This document shows positions 42,133 through 51,824 of a stretch of DNA of 64,000 nt, piece by piece. Numbering within the stretch: position 1 is the stretch's first letter; each line of letters begins with the position of its first letter. The translations under genes and the position numbers were made by a program. This DNA comes from Clostridia bacterium (GTDB lineage: Bacteria; Bacillota; Clostridia; JAAYHZ01): positions 640,001-704,000 of the forward strand of contig JBMNIH010000004.1 in assembly GCA_050950825.1 (NCBI GenBank), in the 5' to 3' direction. Under the pieces are notes generated by a model. The model saw only the letters and a list, made by a program, of their open reading frames with translations. It made no database searches and was not told the DNA's origin.

Positions 42133-43425
42133 ATGATTGCAGCTACGGCAATACAGGCGATTTTCATTCTCCTGTTGCCTTTAGGCGTAGTTTATTTGTG
42201 TAAGCGTATAAAATGGTTTAGATTTTTGGGCCCGCTGTTGCTCTGCTATATTTTAGGGCTACTGATCGGAACCTTGCCTATAGGTATACAGAAGGATGTC
42301 GCAAGTTTAATATCGGAAATCTCGATTGTGCTTGCCATACCTTTGATTTTGTTTAATTGCGATTTTATCCGCTGGCTTTCCTCATCAAACAAAACGGTTT
42401 TATCTTTTTCTTTACTTGTGATCAGCGTGGCAGTTGTTTCCGTTATTTTGGGTTTAATATTTAATAAATGGTTTGATGAAGCATGGAATATTGCCGGTAT
42501 GTTAACCGGATGCTATACCGGAGGTACTCCGAATCTTGTGGCAATCGGATTAGGGTTAAAGGTAGACAAAGACGTTATGGCCATGGTCATTGCATCGGAT
42601 ACCGTTATAGGCGGACTTTATTATTTCATGCTTTTGGCTTTTGGAATAAGGTTGACGGGAAAATTCTTGAAGCCTTACGACGGAAGCAATAAGAATCGAT
42701 GGGCAAAAATGATCGTATACGAATACAGCGGATCGGCGGTGCAGGCGGAATCAAGAAGCAACGATGTGTTTACCAAATCAATCTCAATCCAAGGAAAACT
42801 TGATAGCGTAAACGAAGCGGCTTTTTCAAACGAATTCGATCAAGCCCGGTCAGAAAATTCCTCTTATATACAGCAATTAATGAATAATAAGAAGACTGTG
42901 GTCGTAAACATAATTAGAGTATGTTTGTTGGCAATCATTTCCGCCGGAGCATCCATCGGATTAGCATACCTTATAACGGGCGAAATGTCGGTTGTTTTTA
43001 TTATGTTGGGAGTAACAACCCTCGGTATTGCATTTTCTTTGTTGAAAAAAGTGAATTCCACTCCGCAAGCATATAAAATAGGGGAGTATCTTATTTTTGT
43101 ATTCAGTTTTGCCTTGGCATTGACCATTGACATAACCACAATCATTCGCATGCCGAGTATTTATTTCGTCTATACCGCTTTAATTATGTTCGGTTCGATC
43201 ATTTTACATTTTGTTTTGGCAAAGGTTTTCAACATTGATCGGGACACGGCGATTATAACATCGACAGCCGGTATTTACGGACCGGCATTTATCCCTCCCG
43301 TTGTATCCGCTTTAAAAAACGACGAAGTATTAATCACCGGATTGAGCAGCGGATTGGTAGGGTATGCTATTGGCAATTATCTAGGATTTTTTATAGCGGC
43401 TTTTATTAAGCTGTTGGTAAGTTAG
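42133..43425 (+). CDS. DUF819-family multi-pass membrane protein
   Basis: Multiple TM helices; GCYTGGTPNLVAI, STAGIYGP, GLVGYAIGNYLG motifs. Confidence 0.75.
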   Translation: MIAATAIQAIFILLLPLGVVYLCKRIKWFRFLGPLLLCYILGLLIGTLPIGIQKDVASLISEISIVLAIPLILFNCDFIRWLSSSNKTVLSFSLLVISVAVVSVILGLIFNKWFDEAWNIAGMLTGCYTGGTPNLVAIGLGLKVDKDVMAMVIASDTVIGGLYYFMLLAFGIRLTGKFLKPYDGSNKNRWAKMIVYEYSGSAVQAESRSNDVFTKSISIQGKLDSVNEAAFSNEFDQARSENSSYIQQLMNNKKTVVVNIIRVCLLAIISAGASIGLAYLITGEMSVVFIMLGVTTLGIAFSLLKKVNSTPQAYKIGEYLIFVFSFALALTIDITTIIRMPSIYFVYTALIMFGSIILHFVLAKVFNIDRDTAIITSTAGIYGPAFIPPVVSALKNDEVLITGLSSGLVGYAIGNYLGFFIAAFIKLLVS

Positions 43426-43435
43426 GAAAGATAAG

Positions 43436-44554
43436 ATGATTATAAAAGAAGTAAAGGGTAAAACCGGCATTAAGGAATTTATACGGGTGCCTTATCGCAT
43501 ATACGGATCGAATGACAAAAAGGTTTTCTCTATAGAGCTTCTCCAAAAAGGAACACTATTAGGGAAAAACAATCCGTTGCTTCGAGAAAATCCGCATAAA
43601 TTCTTTATCGTATACGATGATAAAGGCAATCCTGTCGGCCGAATATTGGCAGGAGTCAATGAAAAATTAAATAAGGAAAAAAATCAAAACATCGGTTTTA
43701 TCAGTTTGTTTGAAAGCATAAACGATAAGTCCGTTGCGTTTTTACTCTTTGACGAAGCGTTAAAGTATCTAAAAAAGAAAGGAGTTGATTTGGTAAAAGG
43801 TCCCGCTTCACCGACAGAAGGAGATGAAGACAGGGGGCTTTTAATTGAAGGATTCGAATATACTCCGACGATCATGAATGTCTACAACCCTCCTTACTAC
43901 GTAGACTTTTTCGAGGAGTACGGTTTTCAAAAGGATACCGATTTTTATGCATTTTTGATAACCCGACAGGAAATGAATATCGAAAGATGCGAGAGAGCCG
44001 TACCTTATGCGATGGAGAAATTTCACTTCCGTATCGATCCGCTCGATATGAAAAATTTAAAAAAAGAAGTGAAAGACATTCATGAAGTGATCGTCAATTC
44101 GATGCCGAAAACATGGACCCATTTGTCGGTACCGGATGAGGGATCCATCTTAACAACGTTTAAGAAACTAAAATTTTTTATCGATGAATCTCTTGTATAT
44201 ATCGCCCGAAGCAACGACCGTCCGATAGGTTTCGTAGCGGCGATACCGGATTACAACCGGATTATCATTAAGCTGAAAGGAAAGCTAACCTTAAAAGGAG
44301 TTTTCTATTTACTCAAAGAACGAAAGAATATCGATGCAATGAGAATCTTTCTGCAGTTCGTTGTTCCGGAGTTCCAGAACAAGGGAGTGAACAGCGCCAT
44401 GTTTTATCGGCTGATGCTGGAGGCCGAAAAGAAAGGCTACATATGGGGAGAAGGTTCTACGGTAGCGGAGTTTAACGAAGCAAGTATCCGTAGCATCCTG
44501 GGGATAGGCGGAAAACTGTATAAAACGTATCGAGTATATCAAAAACCTCTTTAA
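43436..44554 (+). CDS. GNAT-fold acyltransferase of the YghO / bacterial ceramide synthase-like family
   Basis: FIRVPYRIY, NP, VGRILAG, GFISLFE, KGP, GLLIEGF, YNPPYY, AIPDYN, PEFQNKG, YKTYRVY. Confidence 0.7.
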   Translation: MIIKEVKGKTGIKEFIRVPYRIYGSNDKKVFSIELLQKGTLLGKNNPLLRENPHKFFIVYDDKGNPVGRILAGVNEKLNKEKNQNIGFISLFESINDKSVAFLLFDEALKYLKKKGVDLVKGPASPTEGDEDRGLLIEGFEYTPTIMNVYNPPYYVDFFEEYGFQKDTDFYAFLITRQEMNIERCERAVPYAMEKFHFRIDPLDMKNLKKEVKDIHEVIVNSMPKTWTHLSVPDEGSILTTFKKLKFFIDESLVYIARSNDRPIGFVAAIPDYNRIIIKLKGKLTLKGVFYLLKERKNIDAMRIFLQFVVPEFQNKGVNSAMFYRLMLEAEKKGYIWGEGSTVAEFNEASIRSILGIGGKLYKTYRVYQKPL

Positions 44555-44603
44555 AAGGAGACAAGATAGCGCCTCGACGAGTTCATACGGTTAAAAATTT
44601 CGC

Positions 44604-44640
44604 TTGATAAGATAAGAAAAATACTGTATTATATAACAGT
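44604..44640 (+). promoter_or_regulatory. Putative promoter of the carbohydrate-uptake locus with an overlapping palindrome
   Basis: TTGATA-17-TATTAT; inverted repeat ACTGT-N8-ACAGT (44623-44640) covers the -10 element. Confidence 0.5.
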
Positions 44641-44820
44641 GGTGTGCGTTTCTTTATAACCTTTTGGATGTAAAACAAAGGTCGTGTATTACAACAAAGT
44701 CATGGAAGTAATATTTCAGGTCGCTTAGGAAATGTTGCTAGGAATTATTTATTTTTTATCTCTTAGGCCTATAAAGCCTGTTGTAAATTATTATTTGAAC
44801 GAGGGGGAGAGTGTTGATTG

Positions 44821-47814
44821 ATGAGGTTCAGGCGTTTTAAACAAATGTTAGCTTGGATTCTTGCATTGTCCGTTCTGGTGTCAATGATGTTTGTCTCAAC
44901 CGCTTTTGCCGACGACGGTAAACAAGGGTTGACGTTGAGAGAAAAATTCGGTGACAAAACAACATCCGGATATAAGATTGACTTCTATGAAGACAACATC
45001 ATTTACTATTGGGACGTACTGGCAGAGTATGCTGACAAAGGTTATCAGCCTACGGAAGGTATAACGATTGAAATACCCGCTGCGGAGAATTTCAAATCGA
45101 GTATACCTGTCGATCAAGTACCCATTTGGGACGAACTCGGAGGAAAAAAGGGTAAGTTTCTGATATGGGAAAATGATGTACAATGGATGGAGTGGACTTT
45201 TGAAGTCGAAACTCCGGGATTATATAATATAGAAGTAGACTACTATCCGTTAGTGGATTCAAAATCTTCCGTTGCAAGAGACGTACTTATTGACGGAGTG
45301 GAAACCTTTACGGAAATGAAAGGAATTAAGTTCCCCAGATTCTTTAAAGATAAGGGGGAACCGAGGATCAATCCTTTAGGCGACGAAGTGAAGCCCGGCC
45401 AAGTCGAAATTCATGAATGGAATTCCATTCGTCTCGAAGACGTTAACGGTACCTATGCCGATCCTTTGATGTTCTACTTATCTAAGGGAACTCATACGGT
45501 TCGTTTTGTCTTTGCAGACCAACCGGTCGCATTTGATAAGATCCGTATAGTGTCTCCGTTGAAATTACCGACCTACGAAGAAATTCTTAAAGAATACAAG
45601 GCAAAAGGACTGAAGAACGCTTCATCTACTATAAAATTCCAAGCAGAGGACCACGTTGTTAAAAAGTCCGATACGACTTTGGTGTTGCTGGGTAACCAAG
45701 ACCCGACAAACGAACCGTATAACTTGGAAAGAATTATCATGAACTCCATTGGCGGATGGCAATGGCGCTATGGTAACCAAGAAATCATATTTGAATTTGA
45801 TGTGGAAGAGGAAGGATTATACCAAATTGCTCTTCGTTCACAACAAGTTTGGAACGACGGTCTTCCTTCTTACAGACAAATAAAGATTAACGGTGAAGTT
45901 CCCTTTGAAGAAATGAACTGCTACCGTTTCCCGTATGACAAAGATTGGCAGCTGATAACGTTATCGGATGCCGACGGAAATCCTTATTTATTCCATTTGA
46001 AAAAAGGAAAGAACACCATATCGTTGAAAGTCAAATTGGGTGAAGTGGGTCAAACCATAGCCGATTTGACGGACGACTCTTTCTTCCTTTCGGTTATCCT
46101 GCAAAAGATCTTCTTGATCGCCGGAGCCGAACCCGACGTAAACTACGACTACCAATTTGAAAAGAAGATTCCGGATTTAGTGCCGAACCTTACAATGTTA
46201 AGAGATAAGTTGATCAAACATTCCGATTTCTTGCTGAGCATTTCTTCAAAGAAATCGAGTATTGTCGATAGCCTTAACATGGCACGCAACTATATCGAAC
46301 GTATTCTGAAAGATCCGGATGATTTGGTTCGCCAACTCGACGGTCTCACGGTAGCACAGAACTCGATGAGCAGCGCTATATTAAGCTTGCAGCAACAACC
46401 GTTGACCCTCGATTATATTTATGTTGCAAATCCGGATGAAAAATTAGTTAATAAAAAATCAAACGTCTTCCAGAAGCTGATTGTTACTTGGGAAAACTTC
46501 TTGCGTTCTTTCCGAGTGGATTATGACAACGTCGGCGGAGTTATGGAGGGAGACTACGAAGTTATTAAGGTTTGGATTTCCAGAGGTCGTGAATGGTCCG
46601 AAGCCATCAAAGCGATGGTTGACGAACAGTTTACCGAACAATCCAATATCGCCGTCAGCATGAACGTTCTGCCCGCATCGCAGTTGAATGCAGGTGCCGT
46701 TAACGTATTGCTTCTTTCCATGCATTCCGGTACCGCTCCGGATGTCGGACTCGGTGTTGCCGCATCCTCACCGGTTGAATTCGCTATTCGTGATGCGGTT
46801 GTGGACCTGTCGAAATTCGATGATTTTGATGAAGTTGCATCGAGATTCTTGCCTCAGCTGATGGTGCCCTTCCAATACAGAGGCGGATATTACGCCGTTC
46901 CCGAGACCATGAACTTTAAGCTCATGTTCTATCGTGCGGATATAGTGCAAGAAATGAACCTGAAAATACCGAACACGTGGGAAGAGCTTTGTTTGGATAC
47001 ATTACCTGAACTGTACAGAAACAACATGCAATTTGCATTTGGAGCCGATTTTACGCCTTTCTTGTTCCAAAGCGGTGCTTCCTACTACAACGAAGCGGGA
47101 ACCAAGTCCGCATTGGATACGCCTGAAGCTTACAACGCATTTTTGAAGTATACTTCGCTGTATACCACTTACGGTATGCCTGCCGTTCAGGAAAGCTTCT
47201 ATACGAAGATTCGTTCCGGTCAAATGCCCATGGGTATTTCAAGCTATCCGTTCTACATTCAATTGGCAACGGCTGCACCGGAATTAAAGGGTAAATGGGG
47301 AGTTGCTCCGGTTCCCGGAACAATGAAAGAAGACGGAACCATCGACCGATCCATCGGCGGTATCATTGACACGGCCGGTATTATTGTCTCCCAATCCACG
47401 AAACAAGAAGCCGCATGGGAATTCTTGAAATGGTGGACATCGAGAGATGTACAAATTGATTTCGGTAATGAAATCGAGTCTCTGATCGGTGCGGAAGCAA
47501 AATGGAATTCGGCAAATCTGGATGCCTTCCGAAACATGGGATGGCAACGTGAGCATCTTGCCGTTATAGAAGAACAATGGAAATGGTATAAAGAAATTCC
47601 CATCGTCTTAGGCGGATACTTCACCTCGAGACATATGGTGAATGCTTGGACCGACGTTGTTTTAGAAGACGTAACTCCCAGAGAAGCTTTGGAAGAAGCC
47701 GTTAAGCAAATTAATAAAGAATTAAGAGTAAAACAAGAAGAATACGGTGTAAATGCTGCTGAAGAAGAAGCAAGGGTTGCCGCTGAAAAGCAGAAGCAGA
47801 AGGGAAGTGAATAA
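44821..47814 (+). CDS. Large secreted carbohydrate solute-binding protein (two N-terminal CBM-like beta-sandwich repeats + C-terminal ABC SBP domain)
   Basis: Sec signal (AFA|DD); repeated motifs FEVETPGLYNI/FDVEEEGLYQI and FYLSKGTHTV/FHLKKGKNTI; C-terminal APDV, YAVPET, MFYRADI, PNTWEE, WGVAPVPG, AAWEFLKWW. Confidence 0.85.
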   Translation: MRFRRFKQMLAWILALSVLVSMMFVSTAFADDGKQGLTLREKFGDKTTSGYKIDFYEDNIIYYWDVLAEYADKGYQPTEGITIEIPAAENFKSSIPVDQVPIWDELGGKKGKFLIWENDVQWMEWTFEVETPGLYNIEVDYYPLVDSKSSVARDVLIDGVETFTEMKGIKFPRFFKDKGEPRINPLGDEVKPGQVEIHEWNSIRLEDVNGTYADPLMFYLSKGTHTVRFVFADQPVAFDKIRIVSPLKLPTYEEILKEYKAKGLKNASSTIKFQAEDHVVKKSDTTLVLLGNQDPTNEPYNLERIIMNSIGGWQWRYGNQEIIFEFDVEEEGLYQIALRSQQVWNDGLPSYRQIKINGEVPFEEMNCYRFPYDKDWQLITLSDADGNPYLFHLKKGKNTISLKVKLGEVGQTIADLTDDSFFLSVILQKIFLIAGAEPDVNYDYQFEKKIPDLVPNLTMLRDKLIKHSDFLLSISSKKSSIVDSLNMARNYIERILKDPDDLVRQLDGLTVAQNSMSSAILSLQQQPLTLDYIYVANPDEKLVNKKSNVFQKLIVTWENFLRSFRVDYDNVGGVMEGDYEVIKVWISRGREWSEAIKAMVDEQFTEQSNIAVSMNVLPASQLNAGAVNVLLLSMHSGTAPDVGLGVAASSPVEFAIRDAVVDLSKFDDFDEVASRFLPQLMVPFQYRGGYYAVPETMNFKLMFYRADIVQEMNLKIPNTWEELCLDTLPELYRNNMQFAFGADFTPFLFQSGASYYNEAGTKSALDTPEAYNAFLKYTSLYTTYGMPAVQESFYTKIRSGQMPMGISSYPFYIQLATAAPELKGKWGVAPVPGTMKEDGTIDRSIGGIIDTAGIIVSQSTKQEAAWEFLKWWTSRDVQIDFGNEIESLIGAEAKWNSANLDAFRNMGWQREHLAVIEEQWKWYKEIPIVLGGYFTSRHMVNAWTDVVLEDVTPREALEEAVKQINKELRVKQEEYGVNAAEEEARVAAEKQKQKGSE

Positions 47815-47817
47815 TTT

Positions 47818-48762
47818 ATGCAGAGCGCTACTGAGATTAAAAGACAAAGTCTGAAGGGCTTTGAAAAGTTTAAGTTTTCAACAACATTATGGTGGAAGAA
47901 ATTCGGAACGCCTACACTGTTCTTAGCGCCTTTCCTTATACTCATGATCATCTTTATCGTTATGCCGGTTTTGATATCCATGTACTTAAGCTTAACGAAC
48001 TTTAACATGATTCAGCCGGCGAAATGGATGGGTATTGCAAATTACAGAGTGTTATTGACCGATGACGATATATTCTTAATTGCTTTGAAAAACACTTTCA
48101 TATTTGCAGGTATAACCGGTCCTTTAACCTATATCATGACGTTTTTGGCCGCATGGGTCATAGACCAATTGAAATTCAGAAATGCTTTTGCTTTGGCGTT
48201 CTATGCTCCTTCGATCACGAATGCCATCGCGATGTCAGTTGTATGGATGATGCTGTTTTCCAGCGACCGTTACGGATACATTAACTACGCATTGTTCCAT
48301 TTCGGTGTAATCACGGAACCCGTATTATGGACGAAGGACCCTGCTTACATCTTGTGGGTTGTTATCATAATTCAAGTATGGATGAGTATGGGAAGCGGAT
48401 TCTTGGTTGTGTTGGCAGGTTTGAGAAATTTACCGCCCGCATTGTTTGAAGCCGGTTCCATCGACGGTATAAAAAACAGATTCCAAGAATTGTGGTATCT
48501 GATTATACCGAACGTAATGCCCCAGTTGCTATTCTCTGCTATTATGACGATCGTTTCATCCTTGAGTGTATTTGATGTACCGACTCAAGTAGCAGGAATG
48601 CCTAGTCCGAACTACTCGGCACATACCATTATTGCTCACCTTTACGACTATGCATTCATTCGATTCCAGATGGGATATGCATCGGCAATCGCTGTATTCC
48701 TATTCCTATTATCGTTTACACTAAGCCGGATATCCTTTAAGGTATTCGCACCGAGGGATTAG
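47818..48762 (+). CDS. Carbohydrate ABC transporter permease (MalF-like)
   Basis: LFLAPF, GIANY, FYAPSI, LAGLRNLP..LFEAGSIDG (EAA loop), MGYASA. Confidence 0.93.
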   Translation: MQSATEIKRQSLKGFEKFKFSTTLWWKKFGTPTLFLAPFLILMIIFIVMPVLISMYLSLTNFNMIQPAKWMGIANYRVLLTDDDIFLIALKNTFIFAGITGPLTYIMTFLAAWVIDQLKFRNAFALAFYAPSITNAIAMSVVWMMLFSSDRYGYINYALFHFGVITEPVLWTKDPAYILWVVIIIQVWMSMGSGFLVVLAGLRNLPPALFEAGSIDGIKNRFQELWYLIIPNVMPQLLFSAIMTIVSSLSVFDVPTQVAGMPSPNYSAHTIIAHLYDYAFIRFQMGYASAIAVFLFLLSFTLSRISFKVFAPRD

Positions 48763-48783
48763 TACAGAAAGGGGATTTAGTTC

Positions 48784-49674
48784 ATGAGAACAAATAACAG
48801 TGCTTTTGAAATAATTAACGGTAAATTCCATATTAACTTCAGATGGCTGTTAGTCTATACCATTATGTTAGCCTTAGTGGCCTTTACGGCTCTGCCATTG
48901 GTTTATTTGGTAAGTACCGCATTCAAACCGTTTGAGGAACTGTTCTTGTTCCCTCCTAGGTTTTTTGTAAGAAGACCGACATTGAAGAATTTCGGAGACT
49001 TGGTTATCTCGCTCTCCGGTACGACGGTACCTTTTACAAGATATATATTTAACAGTGTATTTATTACCATAGTTAACGTGACATTGACCATTTTGGTATC
49101 GAGCATGGGTGCTTATGCGATTTCGAAGCATAATATTCCCGGTTCTAAAATCGTGTTCGGTATCGTTATTGCAGCTTTGACATTCCCCGGCCATGTTACC
49201 TCGATACCGACCTATATGACGGTCGCTTCATTAGGATTATTAAATACATACTGGGCGTTGATTATACCCAAGATTGCCGTTCCGTATAACTTCTTCCTAA
49301 TGAAACAGTTTATCGATCAGTTTCCAAACGAATTATTGGAATCTGCCCGTATGGACGGAGCGAACGAGTGGACAACTTTCTGGAAGATAGTTATGCCTGC
49401 TGTCAAACCTGCTTGGGCAACCTTGCTTGTGCTCTCTTTTACAGGGAACTGGAATGACTCGTCAGCCGCTTTGCTTTACACCAATAAGCAGGCCATGAAG
49501 GTATTGCCTTTGGCATTACAGACAATCGCCGGCGGTGCGGCAGCTTCTTCGCTGGCTCGTGCCGGTGCTTCCGCTGCAGCTTCATTCTTAATGACAGCGC
49601 CGACTATCATCATTTTCGTTACCATGCAAGCTCAGGTTATGACGACTATGGCATATTCCGGTATTAAATCTTAA
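48784..49674 (+). CDS. Carbohydrate ABC transporter permease (MalG-like)
   Basis: STAFK, PTLKNF, YIFNS, GLLNTYWALIIP, ELLESARMDGA, WND. Confidence 0.93.
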   Translation: MRTNNSAFEIINGKFHINFRWLLVYTIMLALVAFTALPLVYLVSTAFKPFEELFLFPPRFFVRRPTLKNFGDLVISLSGTTVPFTRYIFNSVFITIVNVTLTILVSSMGAYAISKHNIPGSKIVFGIVIAALTFPGHVTSIPTYMTVASLGLLNTYWALIIPKIAVPYNFFLMKQFIDQFPNELLESARMDGANEWTTFWKIVMPAVKPAWATLLVLSFTGNWNDSSAALLYTNKQAMKVLPLALQTIAGGAAASSLARAGASAAASFLMTAPTIIIFVTMQAQVMTTMAYSGIKS

Positions 49675-49696
49675 TTTGAGAAAAGGAGTAATTAAA

Positions 49697-51166
49697 ATGA
49701 GTAAAAAGAGATTGAAATTTGCAAAAATAACCTTGTTCTCAATATTGTCTATCGTTTTGATATTTACATCAATACCTGTTGCTAATGCCGACTTCATTTT
49801 CAAGCTTGAGGGTGGTGTAAGGCGCGCTAATATTCCACAGCAATACACCGTACAAAATATCGTGAACGATTTGGGAGAAGAGTACGGATTTATGAATCTT
49901 CCGGAAGACATATTTATCGATAAGAAAGGTTTCATTTATATATGCGATACCGGAAATAACAGGATTATCGTTTTGAATCCCGACTGTACGGTAAAAAATG
50001 TCATTACGGAAATCTATGATATTCCTTCCGAAGAAGTAGATCCGAGATATAAAGACCAGCCGACTACATTTAATCAGCCCTCCGGTATCTATGTAGATGA
50101 GTACGGCGACATATTCATTGCGGACACGATGAATGAACGTATCCTGCATATTGAACCGGACGGAAAGTGTATTGAAATGTTTTGGGATCCGGAATCACAA
50201 TTGCTGTATTCCATTGTCAGTGAATTTAAGCCTACAAAGCTATACGTAAACAATACGGGATATATCTATTTGATTAAAAGACACGATTTGATGAGCCTTG
50301 ACGCCGATAACGAATTTAGAGGCTTGACGGCTTCCGGCGTAGTAGACTTTTCCATTACCCAATTGTTTGCACGTTTGTTCTATACCAAAACTCAGCGTGA
50401 CAAGATGTTCAAACCCGCTCCTCCTGCATTTACAAACTTCATTATTCACGATGACGGTTTGATATATGCTACAACCCTTGACCAAAAGCGCGGCGAGATT
50501 AAGAGAATCAACTGGGTAGGTGAAAATACGTATCCTCAAAAGAAATACGGTCTGCAGGCGAGAACCATCGACACCATTAGAGATCCTTATTTCGTAGACG
50601 TTGCCGTTGACCAAGCCGGTATTATCTACGCTTTGGAAAAATACAACGGTTACATTTATCGATACGATCCGGAAGGAAACATCTTAGGTGTATTCGGAGG
50701 TATCGGTGACGTTAAGGGAAGATTTAAAGAGCCCTCCAGTATGGCGGTAGACAGCTACGGAAACGTTTATGTATTGGATAAGACTGCGAACAACTTGCAG
50801 GTCCTGCAGCCTACCGGGTTTACCTTAAAAGTTACGGCAGCCGTTGAAATGTACCAGCAAGGCTTGTACGAAGAGTCCTTTGACCTTTGGAAAGAAGTTC
50901 TTGACGTTGCAGGAAACTATTATGTTGCACATAAAGGTATCGCCAAAGCCTATTACAAAAAAGGCTTGTGGATCGAAGCCATGGATGCTTATGAAAAAGC
51001 CGGTGATGCCGCAGGATACTCCACGGCATTTAACGAGTATCGTCATGAAATCTTCCGCAACAATTTCGTACTGGTTATTTTATGCGGTATTGCAATTATC
51101 GTAGTTGTTGTATGGATCTTGAGTCGCTTGAACTGGTTCAGCGAAGACGTTGTGGACTATTATTAA
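49697..51166 (+). CDS. Secreted, membrane-anchored NHL-repeat/TPR protein
   Basis: Signal peptide; NHL repeats PEDIFID..IYICDTGNNRI, PSGIYVD..IFIADTMNERI, PSSMAVDSYGNVYVLD; TPR-like helices; C-terminal TM helix. Confidence 0.85.
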   Translation: MSKKRLKFAKITLFSILSIVLIFTSIPVANADFIFKLEGGVRRANIPQQYTVQNIVNDLGEEYGFMNLPEDIFIDKKGFIYICDTGNNRIIVLNPDCTVKNVITEIYDIPSEEVDPRYKDQPTTFNQPSGIYVDEYGDIFIADTMNERILHIEPDGKCIEMFWDPESQLLYSIVSEFKPTKLYVNNTGYIYLIKRHDLMSLDADNEFRGLTASGVVDFSITQLFARLFYTKTQRDKMFKPAPPAFTNFIIHDDGLIYATTLDQKRGEIKRINWVGENTYPQKKYGLQARTIDTIRDPYFVDVAVDQAGIIYALEKYNGYIYRYDPEGNILGVFGGIGDVKGRFKEPSSMAVDSYGNVYVLDKTANNLQVLQPTGFTLKVTAAVEMYQQGLYEESFDLWKEVLDVAGNYYVAHKGIAKAYYKKGLWIEAMDAYEKAGDAAGYSTAFNEYRHEIFRNNFVLVILCGIAIIVVVVWILSRLNWFSEDVVDYY

Positions 51167-51185
51167 ACCAGGGGAGGTATAATTT

Positions 51186-51812
51186 ATGTTTTGGTTACAA
51201 AGTATCATTGGGGTTATTTATCATCCTCTTGCTGCTTTCAGTGCCATCAAATACGATAGGGAAGATTTCAAATGGTGGCCGGCCGTTGTACTGTTGTTCT
51301 TAATCTTCCCGGTGAGAGTTATTTCGATATATATAACCCACTACCCGGTAGCGAGCTTGTTACCTATTCATGCGAATATACCGCTGGAGCTGTTCAAGTT
51401 TTACGTTCCTTTGTTGAGCTGGATGGTGGTTTCTTTTGCCGTAACCTCGATTACGGACGGCGAATGCCATATGAGAGAAATCATAACAGCAACGGCATAT
51501 TCCATGGTACCGTACATTGTATTTACTCTTCCCATAGCACTTTTGTCCCGCGTATTGTCCGTGACTGAAGTCGGATTCTACAATTTCTTAATCGGTGTTA
51601 TTTGGGCATGGGTTGCGTTATTATTCATCATCAACGTTATGGTAATGAATTCGTATTCCTTAGGTAGAGCATTATTTACGGTATTTTTAAACATCGTAGG
51701 TATAGCATTCCTATGGTGCATTATCTTACTGCTGTTGGCTTTGATTTCTCACTTTGCTACCTTTGTTGAGGACTTGGCATTTGAGATTAAATATCTATTA
51801 TTTAAGAGTTAA
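51186..51812 (+). CDS. Yip1-domain membrane protein
   Basis: IYHP..AF N-terminus, about 5 TM helices, DGE, TAYSMVP pattern. Confidence 0.75.
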   Translation: MFWLQSIIGVIYHPLAAFSAIKYDREDFKWWPAVVLLFLIFPVRVISIYITHYPVASLLPIHANIPLELFKFYVPLLSWMVVSFAVTSITDGECHMREIITATAYSMVPYIVFTLPIALLSRVLSVTEVGFYNFLIGVIWAWVALLFIINVMVMNSYSLGRALFTVFLNIVGIAFLWCIILLLLALISHFATFVEDLAFEIKYLLFKS

Positions 51813-51824
51813 GGAGGGAATTGG

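Noticed and set aside
44624-44639. CTGT-N8-ACAG matches the E. coli LexA box
   Set aside because: Firmicute LexA recognises GAAC-N4-GTTC and the downstream genes encode sugar transport; kept only as a generic palindrome
47259-48008. 249-aa antisense ORF across the SBP/permease junction
   Set aside because: Shadow of two well-supported + strand genes
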